From a virus, in IMG/VR virus record IMGVR_UViG_3300002461_000323, positions 32,001 through 96,000 of that record: DNA of 64,000 nucleotides; one strand, written 5' to 3'. Both the position numbers and the translations under genes were made by a program. Below, in pieces: positions 47,792-56,230 of this stretch. The notes under the pieces are model-generated. The model was not told the DNA's origin. It did no database searches and was given only the letters and a program-made list of their open reading frames with translations. Within the stretch, counting starts at the first letter, position 1, and the number at the start of each line of letters is the position of its first letter.

Positions 47792-48586
47792 ATGGGTGTG
47801 AATTGGATGAAGACCGGCGCAGAAAGCGCTAAAGTGGCAGAGCAGGATGCCCAGGAGAAGAAAGCCTGGCAGGAAGCGCAGGGCAGCACCTGGCGTTTCT
47901 TCTTGAAGGAAGGAGAAGAGGCACGTATCACGTTCGTGGACGGTGATCTGGTGGACAGCGAAGTTGGCAAAATCCTTGGCCCACCACGCTACTACGAGCA
48001 CAACCTGCAGATCAACGGCAAGTGGGGCAACACCTTCGTTTGTCCGGAGAAGACGATGCCGGGCTCGGGCTACCACTGCCCGATCTGTGCAGCGGGTGAC
48101 CGGGCGTCGTTGGTCGCGCTGTTCACGATCATCGACCACCGCGAGTTCAAGGGCAAGAACGACAAGGTGTACAAGGACAGCAAGCGACTCGTGGTCGCCA
48201 AGCCCAACACCATGGAAATCTTGACCAAGATCGCGCTGAAGCGTGGTGGTCTGGCAGGCTGCACGTTCGACGTCAGTCGCATGGGCGAGAACAGCGCGGC
48301 AATCGGCAGCATATTCGACTTCGTCGAGAAGAACGAGATCAACGAACTCCAGGCGGCGTTCACCGAGGAGATTGAGGTCAACGGCAAGAAGGCCGTGGTC
48401 TCGAAGTTCACCCCGGTGGAGTACGACAAAGAGATCGTGTTCCGTTCGCCCGAAGAACTGGTGGCCCTCGGCGTCGGCAAACCCGTGATCAGCGGTGCAG
48501 GCACTGGCATGGTCAACCCTGGTGGTCAGCCGTCCAAAGGCGGCTCCGTCTTGGGTGGCAAGAGCAACTACGCGGCCAACCTGTAA
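47792..48586 (+). CDS. Single-stranded DNA-binding protein (gp32-like)
   Basis: RFFLKEGEEARITF, YYEH, CPE..CPIC zinc site, FDVSRMG; SD AAGGAG. Confidence 0.7.
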   Translation: MGVNWMKTGAESAKVAEQDAQEKKAWQEAQGSTWRFFLKEGEEARITFVDGDLVDSEVGKILGPPRYYEHNLQINGKWGNTFVCPEKTMPGSGYHCPICAAGDRASLVALFTIIDHREFKGKNDKVYKDSKRLVVAKPNTMEILTKIALKRGGLAGCTFDVSRMGENSAAIGSIFDFVEKNEINELQAAFTEEIEVNGKKAVVSKFTPVEYDKEIVFRSPEELVALGVGKPVISGAGTGMVNPGGQPSKGGSVLGGKSNYAANL

Positions 48587-48622
48587 CCTAATGGCCCGGG
48601 GGCTCACGCTCCCGGGTTCCCA

Positions 48623-49966
48623 ATGAAACTCAACATCAATCCAGTAGCCTTCGGTGCCAGCGCATGGGTGCCCGCCAACGAGGAGACACTGGACATCCTG
48701 ACGAAGACCGACAAGTTTGGTGAAGAATACAAGCTCTTCCGCTGGACAGAAGGCCAGAAGTACCTTGAGGTCGCACGTGGCCTCGTGAGCAGAGCGCAGG
48801 CCGAGAACGATCACACGGTCGTCCACCCGCCAGTGCAATCAATTGCAGTCAAGCCTCCCCGGAACGAAGATCAGGCCTCGTGCATCGAGAAGTCCTACAA
48901 GTTCCTGAGTGCAGGCATCGATCACATTGTTGAAGCCCCGACCGGCTTCGGCAAAACCTACCTCGGATGCGCGGTCGCCGGGTTGCTCGGCCAGCCGACG
49001 CTGATCATCGTCACCAAGAACGATCTGGTGGAGGGCTGGCACAAGACGCTGGTGCACCTGATGGGCATCCCCGCCAACCAGATCGGGCACATCCAGCAAG
49101 ACAAGTGCGTGTACAAGGGCTGTCGGTTCGTGATCGCGATGATCCACTCGCTGGTTGAGCGCGAGTATCCGGCCGATATGTACAACTACTTCGGTCTGGT
49201 GATCTTCGACGAGGTTCACCGGTTGGGCAGCGAGTATTTCGAGAACGTCTGCTACAAGCTGCCCGCCCGCCACCGCCTGGGCCTGAGCGCCACCCCTACC
49301 CGGGCCGACGGCCGCGACTCGCTTTTCAAGCTCCACATCGGTCCGATCCTTGTGCGCGGCACCTGGATTCCCATGAGCCCGAAGGTGCTGATGAAGAAGA
49401 CCGGCTGGAAGGTCCCGATGGTCAACCGCCGTGACCCAGAGACCGGCAAGTGGGCGCGGGTGCCCATGGAGGTCGTTCCCGGGCGTCTGGGCGCGGTCGT
49501 CAAGGCGCTGGCTGCCGACGTCCCACGGAACACCGAGATCGCGGACATGGCCTACCAGTCGTACCTGGCCGGACGCACGGTCCTGATCCTCTCGGACCTG
49601 ATAGACGACCACCTGAAGCTGCTTTTCCACTACATTACGCACGCCGGTGTGTCGGGAGAGCATATTGGGTGGTACACTGGCCGACAGAAGCAGGCTGAGC
49701 TTGAAATCGCGAAAAAGGCACGTATTGTGCTGGCAACCTACGCGATGACAGCCGAGGGCACGGACGTCCCCCACTGGGATACGCTGATCCTCGCCACGCC
49801 CAAGGCCAACGTCAAACAGGCGGTCGGTCGAGTGCTTCGGTTCGTGGACGAGAAGAAGCAGCCGGTGGTCTTCGACCTCGTTGACAATCACAAGATGTTT
49901 GAGACCTTCTACTTTTCAAGGCTCAAGCAGTACTATTCCCTCAAAGCAGAGATCGTGGAGGTCTGA
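48623..49966 (+). CDS. Superfamily 2 helicase (UvsW/Rad25-like)
   Basis: APTGFGKT, FDEVH, GLSATP, EGTDVP, QAVGRVLR motifs. Confidence 0.92.
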   Translation: MKLNINPVAFGASAWVPANEETLDILTKTDKFGEEYKLFRWTEGQKYLEVARGLVSRAQAENDHTVVHPPVQSIAVKPPRNEDQASCIEKSYKFLSAGIDHIVEAPTGFGKTYLGCAVAGLLGQPTLIIVTKNDLVEGWHKTLVHLMGIPANQIGHIQQDKCVYKGCRFVIAMIHSLVEREYPADMYNYFGLVIFDEVHRLGSEYFENVCYKLPARHRLGLSATPTRADGRDSLFKLHIGPILVRGTWIPMSPKVLMKKTGWKVPMVNRRDPETGKWARVPMEVVPGRLGAVVKALAADVPRNTEIADMAYQSYLAGRTVLILSDLIDDHLKLLFHYITHAGVSGEHIGWYTGRQKQAELEIAKKARIVLATYAMTAEGTDVPHWDTLILATPKANVKQAVGRVLRFVDEKKQPVVFDLVDNHKMFETFYFSRLKQYYSLKAEIVEV

Positions 49967-49968
49967 TC

Positions 49969-50388
49969 GTGGCTGATGACTCATTCAAGAAGTGGTACAC
50001 GGAGAACCGTGACCGACTGGCAGAGACCCGGCGCAAGCGGTACGCGGAGGACGCGACCTACCGTGAGCAGGTGAAGGCCCGGTCGGCGGATGCCCGTGAC
50101 CGCAAGCGTGCCGAGACCCCGAAGGTCGGGCTCACTGGCCTGTCGATCGCCGAGGTCTGCGAGAGCCTGGACATCAGCGAGTGGACGCTCAACAGTTGGC
50201 GCAACCGTGGGTACTATCCAGAGCCTCGCAAAGAAGGCCAGAGACCTGTGTTCACCTACGACCAGCTTACGCTGCTGCAACTCATCCGTGAGTTCTTCCA
50301 GACCCACCCGCGCCGCGTGGCCGGGCTCCATCGCGAGGAACTTGGTGTTCTCGTGGACGTTATTCACCACAATTGGAAAAAGGACTGA
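49969..50388 (+). CDS. MerR-type HTH DNA-binding protein
   Basis: LSIAEVCESLDISEWTLNSWRNRGYYPEP..RPVFT..QL. Confidence 0.75.
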   Translation: MADDSFKKWYTENRDRLAETRRKRYAEDATYREQVKARSADARDRKRAETPKVGLTGLSIAEVCESLDISEWTLNSWRNRGYYPEPRKEGQRPVFTYDQLTLLQLIREFFQTHPRRVAGLHREELGVLVDVIHHNWKKD

Positions 50389-50390
50389 TC

Positions 50391-50783
50391 ATGGCGATCC
50401 AGATCAAGAAAGCGCTGAGCCCCGCCGCTCCCTCAGCGTTGATCAAGCAGAACAAGTACGCGAAGCACCTGATGAGCCCGGCCCCCACGCATAAGGCCGA
50501 GCAGGTGGTTGGCACGATGACCACGCAGAAGACCGCTTCGGGTGTCGTGGTCTCCGAGGGCGCTGAGCAGGAACTGGTGCACCCCGGGATGATCGTGCAG
50601 CCCTCGAACGCCTGCAAGGTCAAAGTCGGTGGCAGCCGGACGATCAACACCGGAAACTACGAGAGCGTGAAGATCAACGTCGAGATCGAAATGGTGACCG
50701 TCAAAGAGGCGATCGAAGAGACGTATGAGTTCTGCACCGAATGGGTGAGCGAAAAACTGGCGAAAGCCGTCAAAGGGGTTTAA
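50391..50783 (+). CDS. Hypothetical protein
   Basis: SRTINTGNYESVKINV motif; coupled ORF. Confidence 0.55.
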   Translation: MAIQIKKALSPAAPSALIKQNKYAKHLMSPAPTHKAEQVVGTMTTQKTASGVVVSEGAEQELVHPGMIVQPSNACKVKVGGSRTINTGNYESVKINVEIEMVTVKEAIEETYEFCTEWVSEKLAKAVKGV

Positions 50784-50785
50784 GC

Positions 50786-51979
50786 ATGGGTGTACAGATC
50801 AAGGGCGCGGCTGCGGCTCCAGCGCCTGCCAAGCCAGTGCAATCAATTGCGGAGGCGGCCCCCGTGGTCAAGCCTCAGAAAGCCGAGCCGAGTGAGTTGG
50901 CAGAGACGATGAAGACGATAAAGAAGACACTTGGAGAGAAGTCGATCGTCCGTGGCTCGGAGATTCCGATGCCCAAGCGCTTGCCTACCGGCGTGTTCGA
51001 GTTCGACCTTGCAACCGGTGGCGGCTTCCCCGAGAACCGGTACTCGATCGTCTACGGCCCCGAGTCGTCGGGCAAGACCAACATCGTGTACAAGGCGATC
51101 GCCCAGGCTCAGCGCCGTCCGCCGCCCTGCAACAAGGCTGTGTTCGTGGACCTTGAGGGTACGTTCAGCGCTGAATGGGCGATGATGTTCGGTGTTGATG
51201 TGGACGCGTTGATCGTCGCCAAGCCATCGTACGGTGAGCAGGCGGTGGACATGATCGATGCGCTGGTACGGGCGTCCGACGTCGCGTTCCTGGCCGTGGA
51301 CTCGATCGCCGTGATGATCGCAGCCAGAGAAGTCGCAGGTTCGACAGAGAAGGCGGACGTCGGCACGAGCGCGTTGCTGATCAAGCGGCTGTCGAACAAG
51401 CTGGCGATCGCACTTTCGGAAGAGCAGAAGCGTGACCACAACGTGGCGGTGGTGCTGCTGAACCAGACCCGGTTCAAGATCGGCGTGATGTTCGGCGACC
51501 CCGAGACCATGCCGGGCGGGCAGACCGTGAAGTTCAACGCCAGCTTGATCGTCCGCATCTACGGCAAGAACGAGACGGTGAAGGAGATCAGCAGCAACAT
51601 CCCGGCGTTCAAAGAGACGACGATGACGATCAAGAAGGCGAAGATCGGTATCGTGCAGGCGGCCACCAAGTACAGCATGTGCATGCTCGAACACGACGGG
51701 CTGAGCGTGGGCGATACCGACAGCTTCAACGCGGTCAAGGGCTACCTCCAGGCCAGCGGCCACCTGAAGAAGGTCGAAGGTTCCAAAGGTGGTTGGGAGT
51801 TGTTGGGCAAGGTCTGGCCCACGCTGTCTGTGCTGCAAGACACCTACCGGGCCGAGAACGAGTTCGCGAACCAACTGCACGAGATCATCGTCAAGAGCCA
51901 GAGCTTCACACTCGTCGAGGCTCAGTCGTTGGTCGAGCCCCAGGGCGAGCAGCCAGTTGAAGGAGCGCCAGTTGGCTGA
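50786..51979 (+). CDS. recA: RecA-like recombinase
   Basis: PTGVFEFDLATGGGFP, YGPESSGKT, VDSIA, LNQTRFKIGVMFGDPETMPGG motifs. Confidence 0.92.
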   Translation: MGVQIKGAAAAPAPAKPVQSIAEAAPVVKPQKAEPSELAETMKTIKKTLGEKSIVRGSEIPMPKRLPTGVFEFDLATGGGFPENRYSIVYGPESSGKTNIVYKAIAQAQRRPPPCNKAVFVDLEGTFSAEWAMMFGVDVDALIVAKPSYGEQAVDMIDALVRASDVAFLAVDSIAVMIAAREVAGSTEKADVGTSALLIKRLSNKLAIALSEEQKRDHNVAVVLLNQTRFKIGVMFGDPETMPGGQTVKFNASLIVRIYGKNETVKEISSNIPAFKETTMTIKKAKIGIVQAATKYSMCMLEHDGLSVGDTDSFNAVKGYLQASGHLKKVEGSKGGWELLGKVWPTLSVLQDTYRAENEFANQLHEIIVKSQSFTLVEAQSLVEPQGEQPVEGAPVG

Positions 51980-52337
51980 CCCAAACCCTTTCCGCGCCGC
52001 CCGCCCTAAGGTGGACAACGCGCACGGCAAGCTCTACGAGGCACGGGCTGCCAAGTCCCTCGGGGCCAGGCTCACGCCGAACTCCGGGGCGATGGCGAGT
52101 GCCAAAGGGGATATGAGCACCGCCGAGTTCTTGTTCGAGAGCAAAGTCACTGTAGACTCCAGCCTCTCGGTCAAACTCGCGTGGCTGGTGAAGATCAGCG
52201 AGGAGGCTCAGGCGAAGGCCAAGCGTCCCGGGCTGATCATCGCGTTCGTCCACCCAGACGGCCGACCCAAGCCCAACTGCGAGAGCGAGTGGGTGTGTAT
52301 GCCGATGGCTGTATTTCAAGAACTGACAGAGAAATGA
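51972..52337 (+). CDS. PD-(D/E)xK nuclease / Holliday junction resolvase-like
   Basis: TTG start after AGGAG; TPNSGA..KGD..FLFESK motif. Confidence 0.7.
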   Translation: MADPNPFRAARPKVDNAHGKLYEARAAKSLGARLTPNSGAMASAKGDMSTAEFLFESKVTVDSSLSVKLAWLVKISEEAQAKAKRPGLIIAFVHPDGRPKPNCESEWVCMPMAVFQELTEK

Positions 52338-53197
52338 TCAAATTTATCCAAGATGCAGTCAATCAGAAGCCTGAGAAGAAGGACCTGATCATGCTGCTGA
52401 CCAAGAACTTGGCCCGGTACTGGCCTGAGCGTTCGCACAAGACCGTCCACTGCTCGGACGTCACGAAGGAGAGCTTCTGTGGCCGCCAATTTAGACTCCT
52501 CGACGTCCTGGATAAGAAGCGCCCTGACCAGTACATCGCAGCCGGTCTCAAGGCTACGTTCGACGTCGGTAATGCCACCGCAGACCTCGTCTGCAACCGT
52601 TGGGCCGGCGATCACGCTCTCGGTCACTGGGAGTGCGACTCTTGCGGCGACCAGAAGTACTGGACGAACAAGCCCGGCCAGGGGTGCGCGAAGATGGGCA
52701 AGTGCGCGTGGAAGTACAAGGAAGTAGGCTTCCAGCACCAGCCGAGCAAGCTCCATGGCTCGATCGATCTGATGGTCAACCTCGGCCAGACTAAAGCCAC
52801 GGCCATCGAGTTGAAGATCATCAAGGCCGACGACTTTGACAAGCTCGCGGCTCCCATGGGCGAACACCGTGCACGCACGCGCCTGTACATGCGGGTGATC
52901 CGTGAGTCCGACAGCCCGTACAAGCAGTTCGTGGACACCCAGCACGCGAAGGTCCTGTACGTCAGCCGTGGCTTCGGAAAGAAGAGCCTGGACGCGCAGA
53001 ACCAGATCGTGCCGTTCAAGGAGTTCGACGTCGAGGCCGATGACGAGTCGGTGCAGCCGTACATCGACCGCGCCCAGGCCGTGCAGACCTCCCGAGAACA
53101 GCAGACGATGCTGCACCGGCTCTGCGTAGGCCCCGGCGATCCGCGTGCCAAGGGCTGCCCGGTAAAGACCGAGTGCTTTTCTGGGGCGTTCGGATGA
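52334..53197 (+). CDS. Cas4/RecB-like exonuclease
   Basis: CGRQ, GSIDLM, IELK motifs and C-terminal C..CPVKTEC Fe-S-type cysteines. Confidence 0.75.
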   Translation: MIKFIQDAVNQKPEKKDLIMLLTKNLARYWPERSHKTVHCSDVTKESFCGRQFRLLDVLDKKRPDQYIAAGLKATFDVGNATADLVCNRWAGDHALGHWECDSCGDQKYWTNKPGQGCAKMGKCAWKYKEVGFQHQPSKLHGSIDLMVNLGQTKATAIELKIIKADDFDKLAAPMGEHRARTRLYMRVIRESDSPYKQFVDTQHAKVLYVSRGFGKKSLDAQNQIVPFKEFDVEADDESVQPYIDRAQAVQTSREQQTMLHRLCVGPGDPRAKGCPVKTECFSGAFG

Positions 53198-53679
53198 ACT
53201 ACACGGTACTCGGCGTCGATCCGAGCACGAAGACCGGTCTGGCGTTCATCGATGGCACGGAGGTCTCGACCTCGGTAATCCAGTACGAGAAGATGAAGGG
53301 CATGCAACGGATTGCACTCTTGCAGAGTGAGTTCGAAGAGCGGCTTTACAAGTGGAATCCCGGGGTTGTCGTGGTCGAGGGCTACGGGTTCGCCAACAAG
53401 TTCACCCTCTCGCTGATGGTCGAAATCGGGTGCGCTTACAGATTGGTTTTGCACAAATCAGGGATTCCCTGGTACTATGTGCCCCCTACGGTGCTCAAGA
53501 AGTACGCCGTGGGCAATGGAGCAGCGAAGAAGCCGCAGGTCGCGGCTGCTGTAAAGGACCGTTGGGGCTTCAACTCCCCTTCGGATGATGTGGTTGACGC
53601 GTACGTTCTAGCCAAGATCGGCCAAGAACTGAGCGTTTCAGGGGTCTCAACAGACCTAAAAGGGGTTGAGCGTGGTTGA
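53194..53679 (+). CDS. RuvC-like Holliday junction resolvase
   Basis: VLGVDPSTKTG, VVVEGY, PTVLKKYAVGNGAAKK, DDVVDAY motifs. Confidence 0.88.
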   Translation: MNYTVLGVDPSTKTGLAFIDGTEVSTSVIQYEKMKGMQRIALLQSEFEERLYKWNPGVVVVEGYGFANKFTLSLMVEIGCAYRLVLHKSGIPWYYVPPTVLKKYAVGNGAAKKPQVAAAVKDRWGFNSPSDDVVDAYVLAKIGQELSVSGVSTDLKGVERG

Positions 53680-53699
53680 GTTTTTTCAAGGAGCATTTT

Positions 53700-54503
53700 A
53701 TGGATAACGCCCAGTACCGCAAGAACGTGATGAAGACCTTGAGCATCGGGCCAGCCAAGCTCGGCCTGCGACAGGTCACCCGCAAGACCCCACGCATGAA
53801 CGTGTTCAATGCCGTTGTGGGGATTGCAACTGAGACCATGGAGTTGGCAAAGGGCCTCAGCCCCTACCTCTCCGGTGCCTCGCAGTTGACGGAGCCGATG
53901 AAGATCAACGCCTTCGAAGAATCTGGTGACATCGGCTACTACGTGACCGTGGCCGCCAAGTTCCTGAAGGTCAAGCTCCCCGGCTCCGGCAAGAAGTCCA
54001 AGCTCAAAGGCATGACCCGCACTGAAGCGGTCCTGCAGATGAACGGCCTGGCTGGCGACATGCTCGATCTTGCCAAGAAGTTCATGTACGGCCCGAAGAT
54101 GGTCAAGACCGGTGAGAAGACCGTGACCAAGAAGTCCGTGGTGCTGGACGCCATTGGTCTGAAGGTGGTCGAGAGCACGGACGCCGCTGGCAAACCCGTG
54201 TACAAGTACCAGAAGGTCACCAGCACCGTGGACGTCATGGGCATCGATCAGGCGGCTACCGAAGCGCTGTTCGCTGAACGTGAAGCCAAGATCAAGGACC
54301 TGCTGGAACAGTTCGCGCCGCTCTATTGGGCGTTCGTGTACGAGACCTTCGGTGTGCCGCCTGCGAACGTGTTCGTCGGCAACATCGCGAAGCTCAGCCA
54401 GCGTTACGGTGAAGGGTATTTCGAACTGTCCGAAGCCGAGCACCGGGACACCGATGCCGAGATCGAGGCAATGAGCGGGGCGGCAGCAGCAGTGGCGGCG
54501 TGA
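53700..54503 (+). CDS. MazG-like nucleotide pyrophosphohydrolase
   Basis: GIATETMEL..EESGDIGYY..NIAKLSQRY motifs; SD AAGGAG. Confidence 0.75.
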   Translation: MDNAQYRKNVMKTLSIGPAKLGLRQVTRKTPRMNVFNAVVGIATETMELAKGLSPYLSGASQLTEPMKINAFEESGDIGYYVTVAAKFLKVKLPGSGKKSKLKGMTRTEAVLQMNGLAGDMLDLAKKFMYGPKMVKTGEKTVTKKSVVLDAIGLKVVESTDAAGKPVYKYQKVTSTVDVMGIDQAATEALFAEREAKIKDLLEQFAPLYWAFVYETFGVPPANVFVGNIAKLSQRYGEGYFELSEAEHRDTDAEIEAMSGAAAAVAA

Positions 54504-54522
54504 TGCAATTGATTGCGCCATA

Positions 54523-54551
54523 TTGACAAACCAAACGGGCCGGGCTATAAT
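54523..54551 (+). promoter_or_regulatory. Sigma70-type promoter
   Basis: TTGACA-N17-TATAAT, 5 bp downstream of palindrome 54504-54517. Confidence 0.9.
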
Positions 54552-54587
54552 TGACAGTCAGGCCCCCTTCAACATCAGGAGTATTTC

Positions 54588-55424
54588 ATGAGCGAAGACC
54601 AAGCAGCAGCCGCAACCGACGGCGCACAAACCCAGGTGACGGAGACGGCAGAAGCCGCGACCCTGCCTCCCACGGCTCTCGCAGCCAGCAAGGCCACGAA
54701 GTCCGGCGACCTGATCGCTGACATCGCGCACGAGATCGAGACCATGACCAAGGTCAAGGCTCTGAATCGCGCCGAGAAACTGGCCGAAGACATCGAAGCC
54801 AACTACTTCAAGCTGGGTGGCCTGCTGAAGCTGATCCTCGCACAGCAGTGGTTCGAGGGCTTCCCCTCGTTCGGCGCGTTCGTGCTGGAGAAGTTCGGTT
54901 TCGCCGAGCGCAAGGCCCATTACCTGATCAGCATCTACACCCAGTTGGTGGACAAGCAGATTCCCTGGGAAAAGGTGCAGCACCTCGGCTGGACCAAGCT
55001 CAAGGACCTCGCGGCGGTGCTCACGCCTGAGAACGTGGACGATTGGGTGGCGAAGGCCGAGAAGGTCAGCGTGGCCGAACTGCAGGCGATGCTCAAGGGC
55101 ACTGGCGGCAACGAAGGTGGCGAGCCCAGTTCCGCTGGCACGTCCGACGTCGTGTCGTGGAAGGTCAAGCTGCACAAGGACCAGCACGAGTCGGTGAACA
55201 TGGCGCTGGCGAAGGCCAAGGGCGAAATGCAGACCGACCACGACAACGTGGCGCTGGCCGCAATCTGCACCGGCTACCTTGCCAACAGTTCGGGTGTGGT
55301 GGCCTCCGGCCCCGCCGCCGATCCCGTGGAGACCTTCAAGTCCATGGGCTACGAGGCAGTGTTGGGCGTGTTCGAACAATCGTTCCCGAACATCGACCTT
55401 GAAGTCACGGTGAAAGCCGCGTAA
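54588..55424 (+). CDS. Putative DNA-binding protein (DUF3102-like helical/HTH region)
   Basis: YFKLGGLLKLI..SFGAFVLEKFGFAERKAHYLISIY..LGWTKL motif pattern. Confidence 0.5.
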   Translation: MSEDQAAAATDGAQTQVTETAEAATLPPTALAASKATKSGDLIADIAHEIETMTKVKALNRAEKLAEDIEANYFKLGGLLKLILAQQWFEGFPSFGAFVLEKFGFAERKAHYLISIYTQLVDKQIPWEKVQHLGWTKLKDLAAVLTPENVDDWVAKAEKVSVAELQAMLKGTGGNEGGEPSSAGTSDVVSWKVKLHKDQHESVNMALAKAKGEMQTDHDNVALAAICTGYLANSSGVVASGPAADPVETFKSMGYEAVLGVFEQSFPNIDLEVTVKAA

Positions 55425-55551
55425 GAATGCCGACCTGAGCCTGAGGACGCTAGAGGTGCCACCAATCGGTCGCCTCAGCCTCCTCGGCCACGACGCATGC
55501 CCTAAGTCTGTAGTGGCGTAATCAGGCCTTGTTGAGGTTCCTCGCGGAGCC

Positions 55552-55668
55552 CCAACAGGAGAGCGTAGAAAGTTTGGCTAGGGTCGCTCCCGAACGAGTA
55601 GCAGGAGGTGCCTGTTACCCCGCCAGACCGACCAGTTGTATCAACGGTCACCTATGCTCTCCTGTTGG
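55552..55668 (+). ncRNA. Predicted structured RNA element 1
   Basis: 17-bp closing stem CCAACAGGAGAGCGTAG/CTATGCTCTCCTGTTGG with one G-U pair, enclosing several hairpins; lies between the 55424 stop and the 55700 start. Confidence 0.55.
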
Positions 55669-55699
55669 ATCAACCCGATCCTTCAACGCAGGAGTTCTC

Positions 55700-55996
55700 A
55701 TGTTCTCGACCCTCGCCCGCTACCTGCGTATGTTGTCCCGTCTTCCCACCACTCTGGAGAATCTCATGACCACCCAAGCCGAACTCGTTGAGCAGTTGAA
55801 TGCCTTGACCGCGACCGTGACCAAAGTCCGCACCGAAACCCAGACCGTGCTTGCCCGCGTGGCCGAACTCGAAGCCGCTGTGTTGGCCGGTCAGACGGTC
55901 ACCCCCGAAGTCCAGCAGGCCCTCGACAACCTGGCAGTCGCCGTGGCCGCTGTTGACGCCGAAGTTCCTGACGCCCCGGCTGCACCCGCAGTCTGA
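55700..55996 (+). CDS. Small coiled-coil protein (alternative start at 55766)
   Basis: Both ATGs have SD-like GGAG; Ala/Val-rich helical sequence. Confidence 0.6.
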   Translation: MFSTLARYLRMLSRLPTTLENLMTTQAELVEQLNALTATVTKVRTETQTVLARVAELEAAVLAGQTVTPEVQQALDNLAVAVAAVDAEVPDAPAAPAV

Positions 55997-56029
55997 GCAA
56001 GGAAGTGACAGTCTCTGCCCACAAGGCAG

Positions 56030-56211
56030 GACTGTTACCTAGTGGTTCTGCTGGTCCCGAAAGGGTAATCCGCGTTCAGGCAAGGTAGTGGTGCTCTCCG
56101 GGCGCAAGCCGACAACAATACGGGAGAGCGGGTAGGCAGGTCCGTTTCGAGTCCTTCGCTGAGCCCAAGGTGCACTAAGCGTTGCCCTAGCAGAACCACT
56201 AGGTGGCAGTC
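56030..56211 (+). ncRNA. Predicted structured RNA element 2
   Basis: About 25-bp closing stem whose 3 non-Watson-Crick pairs are all G-U on the + strand; internal GAAA and GCAA tetraloop hairpins; intergenic. Confidence 0.65.
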
Positions 56212-56230
56212 ATAAATTCAAGGAGTGACA

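Noticed and set aside
48594-48620. GC-rich hairpin after the SSB gene as an intrinsic terminator
   Set aside because: The CCCGGG..CCCGGG stem is present but there is no U-tract; it may be a stabilising or processing hairpin.
56138-56165. TTCGAG as a tRNA T-loop
   Set aside because: No flanking 5-bp T-stem or cloverleaf could be built, so no tRNA is called.
56030-56211. Retron msr-msd (a1/a2 inverted repeats) or a diversity-generating retroelement
   Set aside because: No reverse transcriptase is recognisable in the window, and no template/variable repeat pair was seen.
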